Assembly: GCA_963713955.1 (NCBI GenBank)
Contig: OY970216.1
Location: 209,934-273,933 of the forward strand
Reading direction: 5' to 3'
Origin: an uncultured bacterium
Lineage (GTDB): Bacteria > Patescibacteriota > Minisyncoccia > UBA6257 > GWB1-50-10
Length of the DNA: 64,000 bases
The notes under the pieces were generated by a model. The model was not told the DNA's origin. It did not search any database and saw only the letters and a program-made list of their open reading frames with translations. Positions 25,455 through 33,754 of this stretch are shown here, one piece after another; within the stretch, counting starts at the first letter, position 1, and each line of letters begins with the position of its first letter. The position numbers and the translations under genes are program-made.

Positions 25455-26777
25455 TCACTTCAAAAGCAGCATCTTCTTCGTCAGTGACAACCCATCAGAG
25501 GTTGTCAGACAATAGAAGTATGTGCCCGACGGAAAGTGACTTCCGTCGAACTGTACGACACGAATTCCTGGAGAAACAGTACCGTCCACCAATGTCGCTA
25601 CTTCTTGCCCGAGAACATTGTAAACCTTGAGGGTCACAAATGTTCTCAAAGCAACCGTATAGCTGATCGTCGTGGTCGGGTTGAACGGGTTCGGGTAGTT
25701 CTGGTTCAGGGTGAAGCCGTAGGGCTGGTTTGTTGTCGCATGGACTGCGGTTATAACACCATCGACACGCCACAGACCATTGGTAGTGCCGACGAGAAGC
25801 GAATGATTCTGAATCGCCAGACTCATCACTCCGATGGGAATGCCATTGATGCTATTTGGTACTACTTGCGTCCATCGTGCTCCGTCGTATTTGAATACAC
25901 CACCAGTTGCCGATCCCTGCCCACTGAAGCCGACGAAAATGGTATTCTTCTGGCCCACGAGAATAGTGGTCGCCTCTTTCTGAGACGAATCTATTCCTGT
26001 GATTTTCGTCCAGGTACCGCCGTTATCAATCGACTGATACACACCATCACCGGTACCGGTGAATGGGTTTCCGGTTCCGGCGTATAGGACACCGTTACTG
26101 TCAGCAGCTATGGCCTCAACATCTTGGAAGTTGATACCATTATCACTAGGCTGCCACGTTTTCCCTTCATTGGTGGAACAGAAAACGCTCGCACTATTCG
26201 CAATATTAACTGTCCCAGCAAAGATGAAACCTCTCGTATACACCAGAGTATTCACATACAGCGTGCTATCGTAGAAGATAGTTTTCCAATTTTCGCCGCC
26301 ATCAAATGATTGTAGGATGCCACCAGAAATGCCAGCCATAATTGCATCTCCTCTGATCAGGAAACATGTGATTGACGCACTATGCTTCCACGTTGTATAG
26401 GGTGACGGTGGAGAAGGTTGGGTCCAGCTTGAACCATTGTCGGTGGAACGGAATAACCCGTTCACGGTCCCGACAAGTATAGCGTTGGTCTTGGGATCGC
26501 GAACGACCGCATAGCTATAACGAGACCACCAATCGAGATTGATAGGCAATTGGGTCCATACTGCACCGTCATCCGTCGTCTGCATTATGCCCATATCAGC
26601 GGTAGCGGCAAGTATGTCATTGCTATCGCCGTCAACCCATAGTGAATTGACATTGATGCTCTGACCTATAAGACTGTCCGGCCAGATGTACGAGTAGGAA
26701 ACAGACGTACTGGATTGGCTTCTCGCGGACGAGATGCCAATCAGTACGGCTGCGAGAAACAATCCAATATTTTTCAT
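25455..26777 (-). CDS. Second BNR/Asp-box repeat beta-propeller protein with a T9SS C-terminal sorting domain. Start at MKNIGLFLAAVLIG.
   Basis: Signal peptide. Asp-box repeats (TTDDGAVWTQ, STDNGSSWTQ, SFDGGENWKT, STNEGKTWQP, SIDNGGTWTK). C-terminus LNQNYPNPFNPTTTISYTVALRTFVTLKVYNVLGQEVATLVDG...SGTYFYCLTTSDGLSLTKKMLLLK. 32 nt of the CTD coding sequence are identical (inverted) to gene 11418. Confidence 0.75.
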   Translation of the reverse strand: MKNIGLFLAAVLIGISSARSQSSTSVSYSYIWPDSLIGQSINVNSLWVDGDSNDILAATADMGIMQTTDDGAVWTQLPINLDWWSRYSYAVVRDPKTNAILVGTVNGLFRSTDNGSSWTQPSPPSPYTTWKHSASITCFLIRGDAIMAGISGGILQSFDGGENWKTIFYDSTLYVNTLVYTRGFIFAGTVNIANSASVFCSTNEGKTWQPSDNGINFQDVEAIAADSNGVLYAGTGNPFTGTGDGVYQSIDNGGTWTKITGIDSSQKEATTILVGQKNTIFVGFSGQGSATGGVFKYDGARWTQVVPNSINGIPIGVMSLAIQNHSLLVGTTNGLWRVDGVITAVHATTNQPYGFTLNQNYPNPFNPTTTISYTVALRTFVTLKVYNVLGQEVATLVDGTVSPGIRVVQFDGSHFPSGTYFYCLTTSDGLSLTKKMLLLK

Positions 26778-26872
26778 TTTCAACTCCTTTCTAAACTCTA
26801 TTATAACATAAATGCTCAATCTTTGCAACAAAAAGGCGATACGGTAAAAGAATATATGCTATAATACAAGAA

Positions 26873-29812
26873 ATGAGAAAAATACTACTATTTTCTCTAT
26901 CCATGTTGCTCCTCTACGGGGTGAGCAAGGTTTTTGCCTCGAACCTCGTCTCAAACTTCCAAGCAAATCCAACGAGTACCGGCGTTCAGGTACAGTGGGT
27001 GAATAACGGCAAGTATGAATACCAGGTGCTTACGAGATCAGATATCGTCCCGCCTATTCAACCATTGCAAACATACAAGAATCCCTCGGCGGGTTTACAA
27101 AGTTTTATCGATCCAAATCTCCCCACGACTCAGTCGGTACCCGGCGGTACGGTGGGTACGTATGCATATAAACTGCAGACGACTGACGCGAGCGGTAATC
27201 AAGTTCCTGATACCGCTTCTCTCGAGTACGCCGATTCGGAAGTCAAGTCTGTCACTACGCTCAGTAGTTACCAGTATTCGGCTTCTTGTCTTTCTGCCAC
27301 TCAATCCTCGATAACGGTGGGGTGGAACACGAATGATCCGAATGTCTCAGGCGTCACCTTGCAAAACGACAATCGATCACCCTATACAGGACTACTACCG
27401 TCGGGGAGCCAAGTAGACGGCGGTCTCACAAACAACACTTCTTACAATTATTCCGTCTCATTTGACAATAGCCATGGCTATACGATAGGGACTTCAACGG
27501 TAACGTGCCAAACGGGCGGCTCGAGCATCTATACTTATCTGTTCTCTTGCGGACCTTCTACGACTTCGAGCGTCACGTTGAGCTTCATCACTGCCGACCC
27601 GGCGGTAAGTTACATAAACATAAGCGGCGACTCTGTGCCAGGGAGAACGGCAAATCAACAGGTGTCGCCTCCTTGGGTGGCAAGCTACGTTGTGCCGAAT
27701 CTTTTACCGGGAACACTCTACTACTATACCGCGTCACTTGGGTATAATGGTTCACCAAATGGTACTCCGCCGACGGGCAGCCCTTCTGCACCAACCCCCT
27801 CGGCGTTACAGTGCCCGACTAAAGTCAATCAAGCCGCAACCACTCTCTCGGACGCGCCGAGCATGGCGCAGGCGTTCGCGAGCGATCCCTCGACGATCTA
27901 TCTCAACTGGAAAGACAACGCGACGTCAACCGCGGGATCGTATGAGTTTGTGGTGCAGCGGATGCAGATGACGCCGAATGTCCCGACATCAACCACGGCC
28001 GCCGCAGTCGAGGACAACTCCAACAACCTGTCGGTCAACGTGAACTGGAAAGATCTCACCACCTCGACGCCGTACTATGCGGTCGTCGAGCGGAGCACCG
28101 ATCCTTCCTTTGTGACCGCGACCTTTTTCCACTACGAAGGGGAAGTCGCCGATCTTGCGACGACGACCGCCGGCAGCTATACGCCGAATCCCGGCGACCA
28201 GAACCTCCATCCTTTTACCAATCCCGATAGTTCCGTAAGCGAAGCGACGACATACTACTACCGTGTCCGGGCATGTTCCCAGCTGGGCCTCGGCGGGTAC
28301 TACGCGTCGGGCGTTGGGAGCGAGATATTGAACAGCGGCCCCGACGGAGAGCCGATGTACCCCTGCACATGGCTCTCACCCGCTTTCGGAACGACCACGC
28401 CGCCCCTCGCGCCGATGAGTCTCACCGCGGCGGTGGACGTGCAGAATCCGACAGGGAAGGTGAATCTGCACTGGATCAACCCCTCCAAGAAAGCTTCCTA
28501 CCTCGAAATAGAGCGCGGCAGTCAAATCATCGCCACGAATCTTTCCACGACCACGACGTCGTATCCGGACGACAATAACGGCAACGGCTTGTCGGCGGGA
28601 ACATCCTACTCGTACGGCGTGAGAGCGTGCTACAACGTTGCCAAGGACTACGTGACGGGGGCGAGTTCCACTGCTTGCTCGAACTGGAGCGCTTCGGCGG
28701 CCACTACCACCAACTTCGTGGTGAACGTAGCGAGGAGCGGGACTGGCGGGGGGACGGTAATGAGCGACCCCTCCGGCATCAGTTGCGGGAGCACATGTTC
28801 GGCGAATTTCCCCGCCGGCACGTCGGTCGTGCTCTCGGCGACTCCTGACGGGAATTCGACGTTCGCCGGATGGGGCGGTGACTGCTCCGGAACGGGAACC
28901 TGCACCGTCTCTGGCAACACGAACGCCACCGCGACCTTCAATTCGAACAATAACACTCTTACCGTTGCGCTAAGTCCCCAGGTTGGGGCAGCTAATGTAG
29001 CTAAAGTTACCATCAATGCAAACGGCAGTAACGTCGTTGTTAGCACCAGTACAACCTTGAATTTGCCCTTGGGAACCCAAGTTACATTAACCGCCTGGTC
29101 CGATACGTCTCTTTATACATTCTCGAGCTGGACAGGTGACGCTTGCAATAATCAAACAGGTTTGGTTTGTACATTCATTTTTGATGCACCCTCTCAAGCA
29201 ACCGCAAACTTCGTCCACACAGTGGGATATAATCCCGATAATCTCATGGCTTCGTTGATGAGAATGATATCATCTACGATTAATTCGTCTCGCAACTTTG
29301 CAGAAAGCTTGACCGGAGGTATCTCTCGCATCGCAGGGAGCGTTGCGTCCGGCTTCAGCAAGGCAGTGGCTTACTTAACATCCCCGTCTACAGCCGAGGG
29401 CCAGACAGCGAGCGACAACGCCACCTACAATCCCTACTTTACAACTACCACCGTTATCACAAATACTGCGAGTCCGTACTGGCAAGATACAAACCTCCTG
29501 CCGGACACCACGTACGTGTATCGGGTGAAGGTTCTCTATAATGATGGGAGAGCGAGCGATTGGTCGAATTGGGCTGCGGCGAAAACGCTCTATAACAACA
29601 GTGGTGTCTCAGTTGGATTCATGCCCATTTGCACAGCGAACAGCGTTTGTAGGAGTGATATTCCAGGCGTGCAATCATCCGATTTGGGCCACTTCAACCG
29701 CAACCCGCAACTGAGTGGCCAGCAACCAGTCGAGAAATCCGAGCGGCAGTGCACGACGAACGCCGACTGCGTGAACGTGGGGCGGGTGAATCAGCTGTTC
29801 CAGGAGAAGTAG
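26873..29812 (+). CDS. Giant secreted surface protein (979 aa) with Fn3-like modules and divergent InlB B-repeat domains. Internally mosaic in composition.
   Basis: Signal peptide MRKILLFSLSMLLLYGVSKVFA. Fn3-like units (SATQSSITVGWNTND..., SAPSMAQAFASDPSTIYLNWKDN...). Classic InlB-B-like unit VVNVARSGTGGGTVMSDPSGISCGSTCSANFPAGTSVVLSATPDGNSTFAGWGGDCSGTGTCTVSGNTNATATF and a second one after it. Extended -10 promoter tatgctataat upstream. Confidence 0.65.
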   Translation: MRKILLFSLSMLLLYGVSKVFASNLVSNFQANPTSTGVQVQWVNNGKYEYQVLTRSDIVPPIQPLQTYKNPSAGLQSFIDPNLPTTQSVPGGTVGTYAYKLQTTDASGNQVPDTASLEYADSEVKSVTTLSSYQYSASCLSATQSSITVGWNTNDPNVSGVTLQNDNRSPYTGLLPSGSQVDGGLTNNTSYNYSVSFDNSHGYTIGTSTVTCQTGGSSIYTYLFSCGPSTTSSVTLSFITADPAVSYINISGDSVPGRTANQQVSPPWVASYVVPNLLPGTLYYYTASLGYNGSPNGTPPTGSPSAPTPSALQCPTKVNQAATTLSDAPSMAQAFASDPSTIYLNWKDNATSTAGSYEFVVQRMQMTPNVPTSTTAAAVEDNSNNLSVNVNWKDLTTSTPYYAVVERSTDPSFVTATFFHYEGEVADLATTTAGSYTPNPGDQNLHPFTNPDSSVSEATTYYYRVRACSQLGLGGYYASGVGSEILNSGPDGEPMYPCTWLSPAFGTTTPPLAPMSLTAAVDVQNPTGKVNLHWINPSKKASYLEIERGSQIIATNLSTTTTSYPDDNNGNGLSAGTSYSYGVRACYNVAKDYVTGASSTACSNWSASAATTTNFVVNVARSGTGGGTVMSDPSGISCGSTCSANFPAGTSVVLSATPDGNSTFAGWGGDCSGTGTCTVSGNTNATATFNSNNNTLTVALSPQVGAANVAKVTINANGSNVVVSTSTTLNLPLGTQVTLTAWSDTSLYTFSSWTGDACNNQTGLVCTFIFDAPSQATANFVHTVGYNPDNLMASLMRMISSTINSSRNFAESLTGGISRIAGSVASGFSKAVAYLTSPSTAEGQTASDNATYNPYFTTTTVITNTASPYWQDTNLLPDTTYVYRVKVLYNDGRASDWSNWAAAKTLYNNSGVSVGFMPICTANSVCRSDIPGVQSSDLGHFNRNPQLSGQQPVEKSERQCTTNADCVNVGRVNQLFQEK

Positions 29813-30097
29813 CTTTCGGAATAATTGTTTTCCTCTCACTCAAACCTCCAGGCGTTAAAATTCCTCTCGCTCGCACGCTCCTCGCCACCCAGCTCGCGCT
29901 CCGCCACCTGGCGTACGCTCGCGGGGCCTGGCTCGGTGACGCGGCTCGCTCGGGGATTTTGAAACGCCTTCCGGCAGAATCGTTTGAGAAAAACAATTAT
30001 TCCTTTTAGGTTGGATAGGGGGATTTATAATCTCGCCTCGACAAACCCGCTCAAAATAGAGTAAGTCCCCTCTATCGGTTTTATTGGTTTTGGGGGG

Positions 30098-30856
30098 TTA
30101 AGTCCTGGCGGCGGTAATGGCGATGATCTTCCGGGCGCCGTTCTTTTTGAGGAGCGCGGTGATTTCCGTGATCGTCGCACCGGACGTGAAAACGTCGTCA
30201 ACGACGAAGAAATTCCGCCCGGCAATCTCGGCGCCGCGCCGGACACTGAAAGAACCTTTCACATTTTCTCTCCGTTCTTTGTACGATTTTTGTTCCGTCT
30301 GCGATTTTGCCTTCCGGGATTTTACTAGGATATTTTCCTCTATCTCGAATTTCGGAAACGCGCCCCCGGCATCCATCTCCCCGATGAATCTTTTGAGATT
30401 CCGGGCTATGAGGAGAGATTGATTGAAACCTCTCCGCCTCTCTTTCGACGGGTGGAGCGGGACGGGAATCATCGTGAAATCCCCCTCGATCGGCTTTCCG
30501 GAGTTGAGAAACGTTTTGAGGAGATAGCCGGTCGTGAAGAACGCAAGCGGTACGGCCGCTTTTTTCACTCCGTCGTACTTCAGGACATGGATGAGCTTTT
30601 GGGTTGCCGATTCTTCGAACTTCAAGGGTGAGGCGAGGACGAATTTCGCGGAGCCGTGGCAGGTAACCTCCCGGGAAGGGAGTCTCCTCTTGCAAATTGG
30701 GCAGAAGAAACCATACGGGTAGGAGAATTTTTCCCTGCAGGAGCGGCAGAGCGAGAGTTCTCGTTCGTCTTTCTGAAGGATCTTTTCGCAGACGAGGCAA
30801 ATCGGCGGGAAAACTGCGTCGAAAAACGATTTCGCGAACTCGCTTAGCCCCTTCAT
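30098..30856 (-). CDS. comFC: ComF-family protein (ComFC-like phosphoribosyltransferase-domain competence protein).
   Basis: 252 aa. N-terminal zinc-finger-like PPICLVCEK...CRSC...CPIC. C-terminal PRTase motif NFFVVDDVFTSGATITE. Confidence 0.75.
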   Translation of the reverse strand: MKGLSEFAKSFFDAVFPPICLVCEKILQKDERELSLCRSCREKFSYPYGFFCPICKRRLPSREVTCHGSAKFVLASPLKFEESATQKLIHVLKYDGVKKAAVPLAFFTTGYLLKTFLNSGKPIEGDFTMIPVPLHPSKERRRGFNQSLLIARNLKRFIGEMDAGGAFPKFEIEENILVKSRKAKSQTEQKSYKERRENVKGSFSVRRGAEIAGRNFFVVDDVFTSGATITEITALLKKNGARKIIAITAART

Positions 30857-30885
30857 TTTGTGTTAAAATCATTATAACAAGCACC

Positions 30886-31989
30886 ATGAAGATAACCAGC
30901 GTTTTCTCGGATTTTTTCTCGGACGTTTTTAATTTCTTGAAAGCGAGGTTGGTTTTGGGTGTGGATATCGGCACCGCTTCGGTCAAAGTTGTGGCGGTCG
31001 GCGAGCGGGGCGGCAAGCTGAATCTTCAGAACTATGGAATCCTCGAAACCAGAGACTATCTCATCCATCCCGCGAAGGCGCTTCAGACAAGTTCCCTTCC
31101 CATTGATGAAAACGCGGCGGCTGAAGCACTCCGGATTCTCTTGAGAGAAGTTAAGCCGAAGACCGCGACGGCGGTAGCTTCAATACCGGCTTTTTCTTCG
31201 TTCGCGACGGTCATGGATATGCCTCTTCTTTCTCCGTCCGAAACGGCGAAGGCGGTCATGTTCCAGGCCCCCCAATATATCCCGATGCCGGTCGACGAGG
31301 TTACGATCGACTGGTTCAAGGTGGATGAATTCGCAAGCGATGCGGGGCAGAAGTATCAGCACGTTTTCGTCGTCGGCATTCCGAAAAGCGTGATCCAGAA
31401 ATACAAGAATATCCTGAAAATGGCCGGATTAAAACTCGTCTCCCTGGAGTTCGACGGGTTGGCCCTCGTGCGGAGTCTCGTGGATTCCGGCGACGATGAA
31501 ACCATTATCGTCGACATCGGCGCCGAAGAAACCGACATATTCATAGCCTCGCGGGGGCATTTGGAATACCTCGGCGAAACCGATTACAGCGGGATACACC
31601 TCACCCAATCGGTCGGCAGAAGCCTCGGCATAACCACGATGAGAGCGGAAGAGTTGAAGCGGAGGAGGGGACTCCTGTCGGAGGGGCCCGAATCTGAGTT
31701 ATCAACATTAACTATTCCGTTCTTGGATGTTATAATACAAGAAGTGAACCACGTGCGGGATGTTTATAAGAGAAGGTACGGAAAGGAGGCAAAAAAGATA
31801 ATGCTCGTCGGAGGAGGGGCCAACTTGATAGGCGTGGGGCGGTATTTTTCAAAGCAGACGGGACTCATCGAAACTAAACCGAGCATTTTCAGAAAAGTTT
31901 CTTATGATCTGCGCTTGGAACCGGTCCTCGCGCAACTTGAGAATGAACTCCCCGTAGCCGTGGGTTTAGCCGAGCGGTACTTTGAGTAG
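30886..31989 (+). CDS. pilM: Type IV pilus assembly protein PilM (actin-like ATPase fold). Start at MKITSV; the ORF track gives 30697.
   Basis: LVLGVDIGTASVKVVAV..., IDWF..., IVDIGAEETDIFIA..., MLVGGGANLIGV are typical PilM/FtsA-like motifs. Sits upstream of pilN/pilO. Confidence 0.75.
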   Translation: MKITSVFSDFFSDVFNFLKARLVLGVDIGTASVKVVAVGERGGKLNLQNYGILETRDYLIHPAKALQTSSLPIDENAAAEALRILLREVKPKTATAVASIPAFSSFATVMDMPLLSPSETAKAVMFQAPQYIPMPVDEVTIDWFKVDEFASDAGQKYQHVFVVGIPKSVIQKYKNILKMAGLKLVSLEFDGLALVRSLVDSGDDETIIVDIGAEETDIFIASRGHLEYLGETDYSGIHLTQSVGRSLGITTMRAEELKRRRGLLSEGPESELSTLTIPFLDVIIQEVNHVRDVYKRRYGKEAKKIMLVGGGANLIGVGRYFSKQTGLIETKPSIFRKVSYDLRLEPVLAQLENELPVAVGLAERYFE

Positions 31990-32047
31990 CGATGCGAATA
32001 ACGAAGAAAATAAATTTGTATAATTAGTATATTAGCATCGATACACC

Positions 32048-32620
32048 ATGGACGAACAACAAAATCAACAAAGAACCAACGCAGGGGTAAGCGAACAGTT
32101 CTTGAGTAACCCGGTCACCATCGGCACGCCGTGGCGGCTTTTTGTGTTTTCAGTGCTTCTCTTCGCCTTCTCGCTTTTGGTCTACTTCGGGCTGAAAGTC
32201 GGATACGAAAATTATCTGCAGTCGAGGTCGGATGCCTTGGATCAGAACCTTTCCCAGCTTTCAAGTTCGATCAGCCAGGAGGACGAGCAAAATTTCATCG
32301 CGGTGTATTCCCAGATTGTAAACCTGAAAAGCGTTCTCGGGAGTCACCTCTTCAGCGAGAATATTTTCCCGTTTCTCGAGAAAGATACGCTCCCCCAGGT
32401 GAGTTACTCGGAAGCAAAGTTTTCGAGCGACACGCGCACGCTGGAGCTCACGGGGCAATCGGTTTCGCTCCAAATCTTGGCTGAACAGATGGCCGAGTTC
32501 GAGAAAGCCTCGGAACTCGAGAGCGCGGTTCTTTCGGGAATGAATTTCAACCCCGGCGGCAACACCTCCTTCACCATAACCTTGACCTTCAAGGGCGATT
32601 ATTTGTCGAAGCCGGTGTAA
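32048..32620 (+). CDS. pilN: PilN-like pilus assembly protein (single TM, coiled-coil periplasmic region).
   Basis: 190 aa. TM RLFVFSVLLFAFSLLVYFGL after a short cytoplasmic N-terminus. Position between pilM and pilO. Confidence 0.55.
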   Translation: MDEQQNQQRTNAGVSEQFLSNPVTIGTPWRLFVFSVLLFAFSLLVYFGLKVGYENYLQSRSDALDQNLSQLSSSISQEDEQNFIAVYSQIVNLKSVLGSHLFSENIFPFLEKDTLPQVSYSEAKFSSDTRTLELTGQSVSLQILAEQMAEFEKASELESAVLSGMNFNPGGNTSFTITLTFKGDYLSKPV

Positions 32621-32627
32621 CCCTACC

Positions 32628-33206
32628 ATGAAAGCATCAACCAAAAGGGCTCTCAGCATTCTCTTCTCGCTTTTCTTTCTCATAGCGACCATCGTCGTCT
32701 ACACGAGCCTCATACAACCGGAGATTGGCGCCGCGAGTCAGTTGCAATCCGTCGTCGCTTCCAAGACCAACGCTTACCAGAATCAGAAAAACGCGGTATC
32801 TCAGGTTTCAAAGCTTATTAGCCAGTTCCAGAATGCGGGTTCACTCGAAAACACTCTTTCACTCGCGATGCCGATAGGGCCGAGCGTAACACAAGCCCTG
32901 AACCAGTGGTACACGGTTTCACAGACGAGCCAAGCGAGCGTCCAGACACTCGACATAAAAGTCGGGAACGCTTTCATCCAATCCAGCCAGCCTCTGGCCA
33001 AAGGCATGGGGACCGTGACCGTCGATCTGGGACTCCTCGGGACGTACGATTCGTTGAAGCAATTTTTGACCTCGATTGAGTCGAACGCGAGAGTGATCAA
33101 CGTCGATTCCCTGGACCTGAGGCCGGTGCAGTCGCAAAGCACGGCGGGCGGCGGGTCGCTCTACTCGCTCGGCCTCACCGTTGATACGTATTATCAATCG
33201 AACTAA
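32628..33206 (+). CDS. pilO: PilO-like pilus assembly protein.
   Basis: 192 aa. N-terminal TM ALSILFSLFFLIATIVVY, coiled-coil then periplasmic domain. Synteny. Confidence 0.5.
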   Translation: MKASTKRALSILFSLFFLIATIVVYTSLIQPEIGAASQLQSVVASKTNAYQNQKNAVSQVSKLISQFQNAGSLENTLSLAMPIGPSVTQALNQWYTVSQTSQASVQTLDIKVGNAFIQSSQPLAKGMGTVTVDLGLLGTYDSLKQFLTSIESNARVINVDSLDLRPVQSQSTAGGGSLYSLGLTVDTYYQSN

Positions 33207-33338
33207 TCCCTCACCCTTCGAGAATCGCGTATAATAAGAACAAAGACTACTATGAATAAGTTAAAAAACACAAATTTGAGACCAATAAGTAAAATGCTTC
33301 TTCGTCGCGAAGCCGAATCAATTCTTGAAGGGTGAGGG

Positions 33339-33629
33339 ATGGCGATCATCGTTGAACAAGAGAAGAAGCCGGTGAATTGGGTGAACGTCGTGGCTATCGT
33401 GGTTTTCGTGGTCCTGGTTTTCGCCGTGGCCTATTTCGTGTTTTTCAACAAGCCGGAACTCATCGACGTCGTTTTGCCGGGCGGACTCAGGAACATCAAC
33501 ACGTTGTCGCAGGTTCAGGTGGATCCGTCGCCCGTGGTCACGACGCTCCAGAAGTATTTCACGACCAACTACAATTCACCGATCACGATTCCGACTCCCG
33601 GCCGCACCAACCCCTTCGCGCCATTCTAA
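33339..33629 (+). CDS. Small membrane protein (96 aa) between pilO and pilB. Possible PilP-like or accessory pilus component.
   Basis: TM helix VNVVAIVVFVVLVFAVAYFVFF. Flanked on both sides by the tccctcacccttcgag / cttcgaagggtgaggg inverted repeats. Confidence 0.4.
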   Translation: MAIIVEQEKKPVNWVNVVAIVVFVVLVFAVAYFVFFNKPELIDVVLPGGLRNINTLSQVQVDPSPVVTTLQKYFTTNYNSPITIPTPGRTNPFAPF

Positions 33630-33754
33630 TCCCTCACCCTTCGAGGATCGCTTTGAGTCATTTTGGGAAGTACATGAAATTGGAGATTGTCGTAAAAAAG
33701 CTGAGAGAGAAAACTCCGAAGCCGCGGAGTTTATTAATCTTCGAAGGGTGAGGG

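Noticed and set aside
27989-29046. Multiple 70-130-aa ORFs on both strands inside the 27.8-29.0 kb region (for example 28648-29046 on the minus strand and 28273-28578 on the + strand)
   Set aside because: They are embedded in the GC-rich segment of the 979-aa surface-protein gene, with Arg/Gly/Pro-rich translations typical of high-GC antisense frames. The long sense frame has clear domain repeats.
29813-30097. tRNA gene in the gap after the giant adhesin (ggttggataggggg... region) and in other intergenic gaps
   Set aside because: No GTTCRANYC T-arm motif with a matching 7-bp acceptor stem and CCA-proximal pairing could be constructed. No tRNA called.
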